Below, piece by piece: positions 25,741-39,242 of a stretch of DNA of 64,000 nt; positions within the stretch are counted from its first letter, which is position 1; the number at the start of each line of letters is the position of its first letter. A model generated the notes under the pieces. The model was not told the DNA's origin, did no database searches, and was given only the letters and a program-made list of their open reading frames with translations. The stretch lies in assembly GCA_951406725.2 (NCBI GenBank), contig OX597832.1:3906001-3970000 (forward strand), in the 5' to 3' direction. This DNA is from Octopus vulgaris (taxonomy: Eukaryota). The translations under genes and the position numbers were made by a program.

Positions 25741-26599
25741 TGCTCCATTCATACTGTTACAAGGTATTTAGTGATCCTTTTAAAAACATACACATACAGA
25801 CGTTCGAACACACACACACACAATGCAAGAATAGCTATCAATAAAAAATGAGACAGTTTAGCTAAAAGTCATTTTAAATTCTTTGGATTTGGTTTAACTT
25901 GGAAAGGAAATCTGTAAAACTTGAAAAGAAAACATCACAATGATGTATTTAGATTAAAATTGATTGAAGTTTGATAATATCTCTATATGAAATCATAAAG
26001 AATTTCCCAGCCCTAATTTAAAGCCAACAATACTAAAAACATTCAAAGATCAAATTTCACAACTGTTGATGAAATTAATTGAAGTAATAACATCTTATTT
26101 TTCTGGATAAATGACCTTAATTTCTAAAAGAGCAAGCATTTGGTTCTGTACATAGGAAATCTCTTGGTTGAGGTCTCAAGGCCAAACCATTTGCAGAGAT
26201 CATTGGTGTTGCTTAAAAAGCAAAAATATGGTGCTTCATTAACCAATAGATCAATACACTTTCATAAAAATTTAAGTTATTCATGGGTGTAGGCATGGCA
26301 TTGTGGTTGGGAGTTTTCTTCCCCAACACATAATTCTGGCTCAGTCCCACTGTGTGGAACTGTGGGCCAACTAAAGCCTTGTAAGTGGATTTGATAGACA
26401 GAAATGGAAAGAAACCTGTTGTAAATACATGTTTATATTTAGATAGATAGATAGATAGATAGATAGATATAAAGATGGATCATAGTATACTGCATCTATA
26501 AGAGAGGTCCTTTCATATAGACTCAGGCAGCATAAAAGCACGTATACACACACACACACACATCATTAGCAGATGAGAATCATCTGCGATGGGCACCAG

Positions 26600-27130
26600 A
26601 ACTGTCAGGTCACATGATTTTGACCTATTACCTCTCTTCAGTGATAGCAGTCAAACTCACTACCACCGATACATAGAATTCCAGAGACCCAGAAGAAGAA
26701 AGTCAAACTCTGTGCTATACTGAGAATGTGCGTTTGCCAAAAAAAGATGACCAGTAATGGTGAGCCCCAGCATTTGTTCCAACTTTGAGCATTCTAACCA
26801 TGTGCTGTTTAGGTATGATTATGTTTTTCTTTCTTTGTGTCGTGAATGTGTCATTGTCCTCTTGATGAGACAAAATTAGCTCAACTCCATTGGATGAAGT
26901 TTCTGAGGTTTCTGTGCTGTTCAAAAGTGTTTGCATTTGATTTCGAGACAGGTATTGTTGACAAGATAAAACACTGTTATTTTTGATTTCGTGGTCTTCA
27001 GTTTGAGGCAGTGATTTATAATCATTTGTTAGTTGTAATGATATCTGCTTAAAATATACAAGATTTTTACCCACCTTTTTCTAATAGTGAGACAAAATCT
27101 AGGAACTTAGTGATTGTCTGAAAGGGTTAA
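26600..27130 (-). mobile_element. piggyBac-like 5' fragment
   Basis: Minus strand begins TTAACCCTTT at 27130, followed by an S/T/E-rich ORF (26715-27074). Confidence 0.4.
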
Positions 27131-27223
27131 GTTGAAATAAAATCTTTTGCTTTTTTCGTATTTCTTTGTGTTCAAATATATTTTTCAATATTTACAATTT
27201 CAGTTTAGAATTATTGCTATTTG

Positions 27224-28049
27224 ACATTTTCAAATAATATACTTTTATACATTGTTAAATATATTCTATCTAAACTTTCTTTTCAGGCCAGGATATTAAT
27301 CTTGTTGAAAATTTATGAAATTTATGAAAACGACACTTTTGAATCGAATTTGTTCTTATAGAATCAATATAGTTCTAAACATAGCCAACCATGCGCATGT
27401 TCAGGTCGTTGGCAACTAAACTGGCAACCTCACCAAGCAAGCTTGATGAGGAAGGTGATTTGAACACTCTGCGAGATAGAAAACAAAGACCCATCAAAGG
27501 GCAGATCTTGCATGAGTCAATGGCCATCCAGTAGTGTATACAATGATGAAAAATCCCTGAGCCAGGGTCACGGTGAAATCATGGGGAGCAGCATGGTGGC
27601 TGTGAAGTTGGGCGTATTGATCTTTATTCAACGAAACTACAAGACACAATCTGAATGGAAGAGCCACTTCAGCCAACGGTCAGTCTAGGATCAACCAATC
27701 CAATCAGTGGATTACAGTCCATCAATAGAACTGGCAATTCATCAACCCACGTTAGCTTCATGAAAACACTAGATTTCTGGAATCTCATAATGTTACGAAT
27801 TGAAGTTGAATGACTACTACCACTACTATTACTATTACAAGACTGGGGCAGGTGGGATGCCGCTTTAGTTGCCAACGACCTGACCTTGTGCATGGTTGGG
27901 AGGTGTTTAGCATTATATTTACTCTATTAGAACAAATTTGACTAAAAATGGTCGTTTTCATAAATTTTCAACTAGATTAATATTCCAGCCTGAAAAGAGA
28001 ATTATGATGAGTATACTTAACAAGGTTAAAAAAGATTATCTGAAAATGT
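27224..28049. mobile_element. Non-autonomous foldback element with ~210-bp TIRs
   Basis: 27224-27440 is an imperfect reverse complement of 27845-28049 (e.g. caggtcgttggcaactaaa / tttagttgccaacgacctg). Confidence 0.85.
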
Positions 28050-28309
28050 GAGACAGGTGACAAGCTGAAAATATCAACTTGATAGGGTTAACTGAAAATT
28101 TAGCTCACAAGAGCATATCAATGTGGCACATATCCTGAAATGGTAATCTAGAAAAGAAAAACCTCACAGATTCCAACAGAGACTGCACAACATTTAGGTA
28201 AATGACTTAAAGAGTGAATTCTGAGATCAAATCCAGAGATGGAATGTTGAAGGTAGTACACTATCAGTATGCCAGTTTCTGTAGCAACATCTCACGAACT
28301 GTATGAATA

Positions 28310-28522
28310 TTGGTTTCAAATTTTGGCATAAGGCCAGTATTTTTGTAGGGAGGAGGCAAGTTGATAACATCAACCCCCAGCTCAGCTGCTACATATTTTA
28401 TCCCCCCAAAAAACGAAAAGCAAAGTCGACACCAGCAGTATTTAAACTCAGAAAGTAAAATCAGAAGAAATGCCGCTAAGCATTTTGTCCAGCATAGAAA
28501 CGATTAGGCCAGACTCGCCATT
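28310..28522 (-). mobile_element. SINE family B
   Basis: Reverse complement of family B. Confidence 0.8.
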
Positions 28523-28974
28523 TCAACTGCATGACTAGCGAAAAAAGGAAGACACTGTGATTAGGTATCAAATTAGTTTCTCCAGCTAACTAAGCTTGCA
28601 TTCTGGATGCTGGGAGAGTATGCAGAAAATGTTTACCAGAAAGAGTACAGACTACATTCACAAAATAGTCATCTAAAGGTTGTGACTATCAACTTATGCT
28701 CAACCTCTAGATATCAACTTATGTTTGTCTGAAGACAAGTAAGATCAGTCTATAGATTGCATTTAGACAAAACAAATCTGTGAGTAAGAGAATCTGTAGA
28801 CGAGGGGATAGTAATGAGTTCATTCTATACTTTCAGTTACATATGATGTTCATTAGTTAAGAAGTTGGCTACGTGAGGTGGATTACCTAGACTAGATCAG
28901 TTGAATAGATTAGGTACTACTACTATTTTTCATTAAAGTAAATACTTTCTGAAAGATTAATTGCTAAATCATAC

Positions 28975-29340
28975 CTGATTATATAAGAACTTGGAATTGT
29001 CAGGTTCCAGTTCTGGTATTCAATTGCCGATTTGTCGTCTTGAAAGAAAATACACGATTTCTTTTAGCGAACGTTATTTTTAGTAAGATGTTTGGTAAGA
29101 TTAACAGCTTTCATTCAAAAGACTGCTGTGTTGCGATTGTTTTTAACGGCTCAATATTTCATTCTAGGGAAATAAATTTCCTGTCACTTGAGTCATTGTT
29201 CTTCTTTTCCCATTTCCTTCGCATTTATTTTCTAGTTAAGATGTACAAATATTGATTAATTCCATTGTCAATCTCCACTCCCAATTCTAACTGCTCCCCG
29301 CTTTACACCCACACGAGCGCCTCTACTATACATACAAACA
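28975..29340 (-). promoter_or_regulatory. Candidate promoter / non-coding first exon of a minus-strand gene
   Basis: Minus-strand donor CAG/GTATGA at 28975/28974, located where CpGs reappear; only short uORFs. Confidence 0.35.
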
Positions 29341-29815
29341 CCAAATATTGTCGATATCTTTATGAATGAATATTTTTAAAATGCTTTGTCTTTATTTTTT
29401 TTACTTGATTTTAAGAGAAATGTCTAGTTCCATGTTTATCTTATATACGGAGTACAAAAGTTCGACAAGTATGTATTAGTCTAATACAGAATGAAACCAT
29501 TCATATTTTAATTTAATTTAATTTCCTTTTCTTTGTACAAAACATCAGCAACTGATAATGTATGGAATCGAATTCAAGTAAAATATTCAGTTCAATTGCA
29601 AATCATCTGTTTCTATTTACAACCTACATTTTAATTAATGCTTTAAAGATTTGGGATACATAGTTTGATATACTGCCACAGTGCTACCTTAAATTGTAAA
29701 TATATTTACAAACCAAAAGTGAAGCATGCTATAAATAGGACGTAAAACGTCCGAGCATGTGTGATAATTTGTCTGTGGTTTGATCAAGGATATACATAAG
29801 ACTGTGTTATTATGT

Positions 29816-30025
29816 AAGGCGGTGAACTGGCAGAAACGTTAGCAAGCCGGGCGAAATGCGTAGCCGTATTTCGTCAGCCGTTACGTTCTGAGTTCAAATT
29901 CTGCCGAGGTCGATAAATTAAGTACCAGTTACGCGCTGGGGTCGATATAATCGACTTAATCCGTTTGTCTGTCCTTGTTTGTCCCCTCTGTGTGTAGCCC
30001 CTTGTGGGCAGTAAAGAAATAAGAA
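29816..30025 (+). mobile_element. SINE family B (CpG retained)
   Basis: aaggcggtgaactggcagaaacgttagcaagccgggcg.. Confidence 0.85.
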
Positions 30026-30389
30026 ACTGTGTTATTATTCTGATTTCCCCTTAACAACAAATGTTCTTTTTCTGTAATATTAACTTTTTTGTTCACGTTC
30101 GTAGATTTACTATCTGTAATGATATTTATCTTTAAATAGCAACACAATCCTTAAAGGCAAAAATATCACTTCAAATCAGTCTGCATGCGAACCATTCATT
30201 CGTGACCATTCATATGAAATACAAAACATTAAACCTAAACGTTGGACTTAAGAATAAATTAAAGTACACGTTGGGTTCACGAATAATTAAACTACCAGTA
30301 TATTATACCAAAGTAATAAACTGTTGTATATCCTGGCATCACGGGCAGTACAACTTCATTGACTGGAAAATTTAATAGAAAATTAAACA

Positions 30390-30790
30390 AGAAGCTTGCT
30401 GAGCAAACGTCTTCTACTATAGCCTCGGACCGACCTTGTGAGTGGATCTGATAGACGGAAACTAAAAGAAGCCCACGTGGTACCATGTTCAGTCCCACTG
30501 CGTGGCACCTTGGGCAAGTGTTTTCTACTATAGCCTCGGGCCGACCAAACTCTTGTGAGTGGATCTGGTAGACGGAAACTGAAAGAATCCAACGTATGTA
30601 TGTATGTATGTGTGTGTGCGTGTGTGTGTCCCCAACATCGCTTGACAACCGATGCTGGTGTGTTTACGTCCCCGTAGCTTAGCGGTTCGGCAAAAAGAGA
30701 TCGATAGAATAAGTCCTGGGGTCGATTTACTCAACTAAAGGCGGTACCCCTGCATGGCCACAGTTAAATGATGAAACAAGTAAAAGAGAA
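30390..30790 (+). mobile_element. SINE family A with a duplicated 5' segment
   Basis: ttctactatagcctcgg..gacggaaact occurs twice (about 30412 and 30522). Confidence 0.8.
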
Positions 30791-31479
30791 TATATATACA
30801 CAGTGTACCCCCGGCTTATTCGCGGAACTTATAATTGTTTACAGAATCGAAAAAATATCGTCCGCGATTTTTTAAGGCATTTTTCGTGGCAATACATACT
30901 TTTTCACACTTTTTAAGGCTTAACTATTAACAATAATATACCATATTAAGCTGGTTTACTGGATGCTCCTTCACAGCCGAAGGACCCTCTAATTTGAATA
31001 GCCGCGCATCACGTCGCTTGACTTTTTTTTTTATTTCGATGTATGTACGCGGTATCTTGTATCTCTTATTCCTGCTTTCAATCAAAGCTTACTAATTGGT
31101 CTAGCCATTACCAGCGCTTTTTTAAAAATCTCATTGCTACATTTGATTATACACAATGTTCATTTCAACAGGATAATTTTTAAGGTCGTGAGCCAATATA
31201 GCCTTATTGATATTAGGTTACTTGTTGGTCCCCCCCACCTCTCTCTCTCTCTCTCTCATTATCATAGTATAGATTACTGTATCTAGTGGTAATACAAACT
31301 AAATTTTTCAAAACCATGATTATTTTTAGTCTCTGCTCAATCTCCCACTTGTGGTATGCGCATATTAGACGCAAGATATTTTGAAGGCTTCTTTTTTTTG
31401 GGGGGGGGTGCATCCAGTAGCTATCTCCAATATTTTGTTAAGTGTTGTGATTTTCGTAGAGTGTTATTAAAGCCCTAAG

Positions 31480-32090
31480 GTGCTGTCCGAACGCCCTACA
31501 CCTTCTAAAGCTTCTGGCAGTGAACCTAAGCGTCAGAAAAAGGTTATGACGCTCCACGAGAAGGTACAACTACTTGATATGTTCCGGGAAGGTAAAAGAT
31601 ATGCTGCAGTAGGTCGCTATTATGTTGTCAACAAAAGCACCATATACTTCATAAAGAAGAACGAGGTGGCGATCAGGACTACCATAGTAGTAAGTTTCTG
31701 TGAAAGTGCCAAAAAGATAACGATAGTGAGAAATAAGTATTTCGTCAGGATGGAATCTGACTTGGCACTGTAGATCAGCGACTGCAAGAAGAAAAACATC
31801 CCCTTGAGTGGAAAGTGAGAAAATTATACCAGCAGTTTGATGGAGGAGATGGAACAGAAAGCACCGAAGAACCGTAACCAAGACCATTGACAGCACCGGA
31901 GCCCGAAGATTTTAAAACCAGCAAGGGATGGTTTGACCGTTTCAAGAAACGGCTTAAAATAAAATATGGAGAGACAGCATCAGCCGCCGCCGAGAAGTAC
32001 TTCGAGACCTTCAGGTAGATCATCGAGGTGAAGGGATACAAACCGGAACAGGTTTTCAGTATGGACGAGACTGACTTGTTCTGGAAGATG
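31480..32090 (+). pseudogene. Tigger-type (CENP-B-like) transposase pseudogene
   Basis: KRQKKVMTLHEKVQLLDM (psq HTH), FKTSKGWFDRFKKR, YKPEQVFSMDETDLFWKM. Confidence 0.9.
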
Positions 32091-33280
32091 TTTAGAAAAT
32101 ACTATTTACTTGTTTAAGTGTTGTACTGGATAAATTGCGAAATTAACCCTAACAGCTCAAATACACAATTTAAATTATACCAAATGATTTAGGAAAATGA
32201 ATGGGTTATTTCCCTTGGCTGTTAAAATCTGGGCAAATGGGTTATTTCCTTTGGCTGTTAAAATGAAATATATTAGATATATAAGAATCCCTTCCAGGGG
32301 CCGTGTTATCGATTTTTTTTCAAAAATCTGAGTATGCTATGAGGTTTCCAGACATGAGTTCTACTCACGTGTCAAGTTTCATCAAAATCGATAAAACTAT
32401 GTAGGAGGAGTTAGCTAACAACTCCACAAACAGACTCACAGACAGAATTTCCCATATATGTTGTAGACAACTGACGTACCCGATAATTCCCGGGAAAGCG
32501 GGGCTTATCCCTTGGTTCCGTTCTCATAATTATTTCACTAACCTAATAACAACAATACAAAGTATGTAGCTCTTAATATGGTTTTTGTGCATTTACTGAG
32601 AATAACGAACTGTCTTACACAGGATTTTGTGTTTAGGAATTCCCAATAAGTTGTGAATACCCAAATTCTGAAGTCAGTTAAGAATTCAAATAAATTAGCC
32701 TCGAAAAGGGCTTTAATGTGTTCCCAGAGTATATAGAACATAGAAGGAAATACTAATAAGGGAAGTATACTAAAATCGTGAAGCATGTTACATAATAACA
32801 GGCTAATCAGATATGAGATAATAACAATTCAAGGTAAATAACTCTGAAAAGGGCTTTGTGCATTCCCAGAGAATATTACCCTCAGGGGCGCTTGTGTTGC
32901 TATATTCGTGAATAAGCCGCTAACCAAAATAAGTGAATCTATTGTTTAGGAAAATACTATTTACTTGTTTAAGGGATGTAATGGATGAATTGCGAAAATA
33001 TCTCTAACAGTTCAAATACTAAGAAATAAGCATACTCAATTTCACTTTTACCAAATAATTTAGGAAAATGAATGGGTTATTTCCCTTGGCTATATATTAG
33101 GACCCCTTCCAGAGGCCCTATTATCTATTTTATTTTTCAGTAATCTGAGTATACCATGAGGTTTCCAGATATGAGTTCCAGTCATGTGTCAAGTTACATC
33201 AAAATCGATAAAACGGTGTAGGAGGAGTTAGCTAAGAACTCCACAAACACACCCTCAGACAGAATTTTCCGCATATTTAG

Positions 33281-33283
<3 letters not shown>
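32089..33283 (-). mobile_element. Helitron-like non-autonomous element, about 1.5 head-to-tail units
   Basis: 32089-32465 repeats 32943-33283; junction at 32467 shows a CCCG..CGGG hairpin end abutting a TC start on the minus strand. Confidence 0.6.
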
Positions 33284-33323
<40 letters not shown>

Positions 33324-33459
33324 AATATTTTACGTTATATTTTGACATTTATAGGCATTTTTATGGACCACGTCCAGTATTCACGGTTTTTCACTATTCG
33401 CGGGTGCTCTAGGAACATAACTCCCGCGAATACAGGGGGACTACTGTGTGTGTCTGTGT

Positions 33460-33690
33460 GTGTGTGTGTCATTCCCCTACTACCGCTTGACAATCGGTGT
33501 TGGTGTGTTAACGTCCCCGCAACTTAACTGTTTTCCAAAAGAATCCGATAGAATAAGTACCAGACTTAACAAAACAAAAAAAAAACAAAAACAAATAAGT
33601 ACTGAGGTCACTTGACTAAATAATTCTTCAATGCGATGCTCCAGCATAGCCGCAGTATATTGACTGAAACAAATAAAAGATATAAGATAA
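33460..33690 (+). mobile_element. SINE family A 3' half
   Basis: cgcttgacaatcggtgttggtgtg..gactgaaacaaataaaaga. Confidence 0.8.
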
Positions 33691-34077
33691 AAAAAAAAGT
33701 CTCAATACATCCACATACTTTGGTATGGTGTTTTGTGAGTGACGTGGCGACATTTAAATCCCCGCTGACCACTTCATAGCCTGTATTTTTTCTTTTACAA
33801 TACAGAGAATTAATCTTCCATCTGGGCCTCAGAGTGACTTATAAAAAAAAAATGTAAATGTTGCCGCATGATAAATTTTGAAGATTTATTCAAGAAAAAC
33901 AAAATAGTTCCCTTGACACTACGAAATATGGTAAACCATGTAAATAAAAAAAAAGAAGATAAAAAGACCCCGAAAAACTTAAAATAAATCTAGGTTTAAG
34001 AAGAAATGATAGAATTTCAATCGTGATTTGTATACCCAAAATTAATGGTTTTATAATTGTTTTCATTCTGCTATAAG

Positions 34078-35346
34078 AACAAGGTCTGAAAATTTGAGGG
34101 AGGCAGGCGCTCATCGATTACATCGACCACAATACTCAACTCATACATATTTCATCGATCCTGAAAGGATAAAAGGCTAAGTCGACCTCAGTGGAATTTG
34201 AATGCTGTTAAGCATTTTGTCAGACGTGCTAACGATTCAACCTGCTCGCTGCCTTTGATCTTAATAATTTGGAATACAATTCCATTCGTAAATCAATTTG
34301 ATATGTTTGTTAATCTCCTTTTCACCATACCAGGGTAGATAAAATAAAGTACTTAGTCAAATACTAAGGTCGATATAATCAACTGTTCTTTAGCTAGGAA
34401 TCTATATTTGTTCATTTCCTAAGTTGGACTGTTTTTCAGGGAAATTAGAGATTATAAAGCTGGTTTTATAGTTCGTAGATCATTTGATTAAATTGATCCG
34501 TAACCAATAGGAGTAATGGACAATAAACGGAAACTGATAAGAGAGATAAATTAAAATTATAGGAAATCATCTTGCCAAATAGCATTTCGTCTCATGTGAT
34601 GTATTTTCGACTGGAATATAGGTATTTACCTTAATAGAAATCCTTTCAGCCGTAAAAGCAGTCAAGACAGTCGGTATTACTTTTGAAATAATTCAATGCA
34701 TTCCGGTTTTATTAATCGTTTCTGTTACAGACTCAAGGCCTGAAATTTTTGGGGAGGGTGACAGTCGATTACATCAACTCCAGTACTCAACTGGAATTTA
34801 TTTCATCGACCCCGAAGGGATAAAGGTAAAGTCGATTTCGGAGAATCATTCAGGTTTTAATAATAACAGTTCTTTAGCAGAAGTAAATAAAGTCAAATGT
34901 CTTCGACTAGAAATTCAAACTGCTTCGCATCTTGGCTGGCCGCGAGTAAACGTTTTTGTCCAACAAATCTCATATTTCACTCTTACTAATATTATATTTT
35001 TTCAGACAGCATAAGAATAAATTCAATAAATTCATCATCAGAATAAATTCAAGAAATGAGTTTTAATGAAATAGAATAAGACATGCATTTCAGTAGATGT
35101 CATACAAAAAATTCTAATACAATCGGTACAGTCGAAATAGAATAAATTCAATATCTTGGAAATACAAAGTATTTGTTTGGTTTGTTTCCAATGTCTTTAC
35201 TATCAGAAATAACTACTGTAAGGTTGATGGTCTCACCTTTCATCCTTTCGGCGTCGATAAAATAAGTACCAATTGATCACTGGGGTCGATGTAATCGACG
35301 TAATCCCAGCCCTAAATTTGCTGGCCTTGTGCCAAAAATTTGAAAC

Positions 35347-35383
<37 letters not shown>

Positions 35384-35769
35384 GTTGTTATTGTTGTTAT
35401 TGTTGTTGTTGTTGTTGTTCTGAGCTCGAATTCCTCCGAGGTCGACTTTGCCTTTCATCCTTTCCGGGTCAATAAATTATGTACCGGTCAAGTACTGGGG
35501 TCGATATGATCCCAAAATTTTAGGCCTTGTGCCTAGAATAGAAAGCATTATTATTATTGTTATTACTACTACTACTACTACTACTACTACTACAACTACT
35601 ATCATTATTTATCAAGGTGACGCACTGGACGAAATGCTTAGCGGTATTTCGCTCGTCATTTTTTTTGTAGGGGGGGTGTCGAGGAAATAAGTACCAGTGA
35701 AACACTGGAGTTGATGAAATCGACTTACCCCTCCCCCAAAACTGCTGCCCTTGCGGCAAAATTTGAAGC

Positions 35770-35772
<3 letters not shown>
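34078..35772. mobile_element. Cluster of SINE family B copies/fragments with (TTA)n tails
   Basis: Minus copies at 34078-34255 and 34735-34845; plus copies at 35230-35350, 35418-35545 and 35615-35772. Confidence 0.75.
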
Positions 35773-35809
<37 letters not shown>

Positions 35810-35954
35810 TCCTTCTTTCTTCAAATTTTCGTCCGTTTCTCGCCGAGTGTTTTCCGTACACGTAAGGCAGAGAAGCTCATTGTATGCATTCCCAGATTAC
35901 ACACGCAAATTCACAGGTAAAATAATAAATTAATGGACGGTTGTTTTCACAACA

Positions 35955-35999
<45 letters not shown>

Positions 36000-36001
<2 letters not shown>

Positions 36002-36590
36002 GGCAGCGAGCTGGTAGAATCGTTAGCATGCCGGGCGAAATGCGTAGCCGTATTTCATCTGCCTTTACGTTCTGAGTTCAAATTCCGCCGAGGTCGACTT
36101 TGCCTTTCATCCTTTCGGGGTCGATTAAATAAGTACCAGTTACGCACTGGGGTCGATATAATCGACTTAATCCGTTTGTCTGTCCTTGTTTGTCCTCTCT
36201 GTGTTTAGCCCCTTGTGGGTAGTAGAGAAATAGGTATTTCGCCTGCCTCTACGTTCTGAGTTCAAATTCCGCCGAGGTCGACTTTGCCTTTCATCCTTTC
36301 GGGGTCGATTAAATAAGTACCAGTTGCGCACTGGGGTCGATATAATCGACTTAATCTGTTTCTCTGTCCTTGTTTGTGCTCTCCGTGTTTAGCCCCTTGT
36401 GGGTAGTAATGAAATAGGTATTTCGTCTGTCTTTACATTCTGAGTTCAAATTCCGTCGAGGTTGCCTTTGCCTTTCATCTTTCGGAGTCGATAAATTAAG
36501 TCTCAATCTAGTACAGGGGTCGATCTAATCGACTGGACCTCTTCCCCACAAATTTCAGGCATTGTGCCTATAGTAGAAAGGATTGTTATC
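36000..36590 (+). mobile_element. SINE family B with a 184-bp internal tandem triplication
   Basis: gtatttc unit starts at 36050, 36234 and 36418. Confidence 0.9.
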
Positions 36591-37129
36591 ATTATCATCA
36601 TCATCATTATTTAAATATGTAGTCATTTAAATAACTTGATAGATTTCATAATGATTACGTCCTGACAACTATTACTGAATTTTGTCTCATTCCTTTACAT
36701 AAAGACTGGGATTCTTAATCGTTTAAATATTATAGATATTTAACTTGCAAAACCAAAATGTCAAATGGAAAAGATGTCAGCTTATAATCTGTGATATCAT
36801 AACCCACCGCTGACTCTTTTAGACAAGGCAATTATTATTGCCTGCTTTGTCTATTTATCTGATAATTAGTAACCAGTAATACCAGGATTCTTTTCTAAGC
36901 ATTTGATTAAGCTTTCTCAAATATTGTCATCATAAGACATGTTTAACCGTTTATGTAATACCAATGACAGCTCTTGAACCATTTTATTAGGAATGTATTT
37001 GATTTATATTAAAAAGCATATGGAATCAAATGGGTTCCTGACGACCAGCGGTGAGGTCGGAGATTTGCATTCTACCATCACGACTGTTGCCACCGCCGCC
37101 GCCGCTAGGTGGCCACACGAGTATCTTTG

Positions 37130-37635
37130 ATAGACAAGAAATTGAATTAACACTAAATTAGACTCAAGAGATTATTAGAAAACGACTTTTCGCCTTCATC
37201 ATACATTTAGATCGATTCAAATATGCTTGAGACATATTTGACCTGTGCAAAGGCCATATTCATTGCTAATTTGCCGCCGAGAAGTTTTCTCGCTTTCGGC
37301 AATAGGTATTAAAAACACCAATAGTCATTACAAGGATGCTACGAATGACCCTAAATGTGAATTGGCAGCAACATATGACAAATGAATGCCCTGATGGAGA
37401 CCTGCCGAAAGTTAGCGAAAAGACGGCTGCGACTATCTGGCCAATGTGTGCGCCACTCTAAACTAGACGCATCCAAATTAGTCTTGTGGAATTCACTTCA
37501 TGGTGATATAAGAAGAAGAAAACGTCATTGATTGCAGACACTGGCCTCGAGGTAGTGATGATGGATCGAGAAGTGTGGCGGGTGAACTTTGTTGCTGCGC
37601 CCTGGGTTGAAACCCGGTCATAATGAATAATAAGG
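37130..37635 (+). mobile_element. RTE/RTEX-like LINE remnant
   Basis: TRMLRMTLNVNWQQHMTNE..GDLPKVSEK..RRLRLSGQCVRH..LDASKLVLW. Confidence 0.75.
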
Positions 37636-37982
37636 CACCTTCTCTTGGCAGAACGGTGAATGCATTTCTCGCTTTTTAGGCAATCATTAGCAACGTGTAC
37701 GGTAAGAGGAACAACTCTGAAATTACTTCGGAAACATTTGTTTCTTTATAGCAAATCGCCATCAAAACATGAGTTGATCAAGCGCAACGCTGAACAAAAT
37801 ATTGTAGGGAGCGAGAACCCAAATATATTGTCAAAGATCCAAATATAGATTCAAATTATGGAATATAAAGAAAATCCAAAAAATGTGCTTGAATGTTGTG
37901 GTATAGAAGCTACTTTGTTTCGCTTGTTTACGAGATATTTAGTAAGTAGATGTTGTTCAAGCAAGGTGTAATTATTATAACT

Positions 37983-38195
37983 ATTTCAAATTTTGACTCA
38001 AAGCCAGCAATTTTAGGGGCGGCGGGTAGTCGATTCCATCGACCCCAGCATTTGGCTGGTGCTTAATTTTATCGTCTCCAAAAGAATGAAAGCATTAGTC
38101 AACCTCGGCGGAATTTGAACTCAGCACATACCGAGCCGAAATGAATGCTGCTTGGCAATTTTTTCCGACGCGCAACGATTCTGACATCTTGCCAC
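37983..38195 (-). mobile_element. SINE family B
   Basis: Reverse complement of family B, CpG retained. Confidence 0.8.
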
Positions 38196-39242
38196 ACTCA
38201 ATGTAGTAATTAACACGATAAAATAGTAGTCATTTTACATTCCGATTATTCATCCAGAAAAGGTACTATTCTCGTTGCTTACATTAGTACCCCTAACAAA
38301 CTTATAAAAATGGCTACTTTTGTCTACACTGTACTTTTATTCTTGAATTCTTCTTTGATTTATAAATCTGTGTCTTCGAGGATGGGTTTACATTGATTAT
38401 TCTGATGATCTGATGGCAAAGAAAGAAAAAGATGCGTTCTGATTTTAACCGTGTCTTTTTCTTTTACTCATGAATACTCATAAATGGTTTGCAGACAGCG
38501 ACACTAAATTGAAGTTTGTTTATTAGAAAATTTGTCTCCTCAGAAAAACTAAGAGAACCATGCTTTTCCTTTCCTTGTTTGTGTATAATTAAAACTGAGT
38601 CGATAAAACAAACTAGTCAAGAAATCGGTGGTTCGATTATGTGCTATCCGTAACTAAAACATTAAACTCATAACGGTCAACTCCAATTAACTCTAATTAG
38701 ATACTGCAAAACTAATTCATCTTAAGCATGACGTCAACTATAAAATCGATGACTGATTATTTGGCTTAAAGTGCTGTGCTCAGTTTCTCCCACAGAAAAA
38801 TTCCTTGAGATGGACTGACGTCTTTCAGATGCTTAGAGTCACAGAAACCGGATCGCATTCATGGTCTGAATGATCACAGAGGACCCTTCAGAGGTCCACG
38901 TCCTTCCGATAATGAAGGAGAATTTGAGATCACTTGTCCTCAATACGTAGCATAGTTTGTAAAATATTAGGTGTTGTTTTTTCTTCACTTTCTGCAATTT
39001 CAACCAATCAGTGACGTCTATTGAGTTAAAAAGCATTCTGTGCCGTATGAATATGTCCCTCGTTTAAGAAATAGATTGGTTTATTTACATTTGTGAAGAA
39101 AAAAAAGATACGCTTCCCCCACCCCTAACCTTAACCCTAAAAGAGATTGAAATGCAATAGATCGATTCTAGGGTCATAATTATGGGTGACAATTTCGTAT
39201 GACACCGCTAGAAAAAACCGCCGTTCAAACCGAAAAGATCCA

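Larger units (their letters stand above)
30801..33446 (+). mobile_element. Tigger/pogo DNA transposon, decayed and interrupted
   Basis: TIRs CAGTGTACCCCCGGCTTATTCGCGG / CCGCGAATACAGGGGGACTACTG. Confidence 0.88.

Noticed and set aside
36050-36590. CRISPR-like periodicity (also 17380-17650 and 58166-58614)
   Set aside because: Whole units repeat without unique spacers, no cas genes, eukaryotic context
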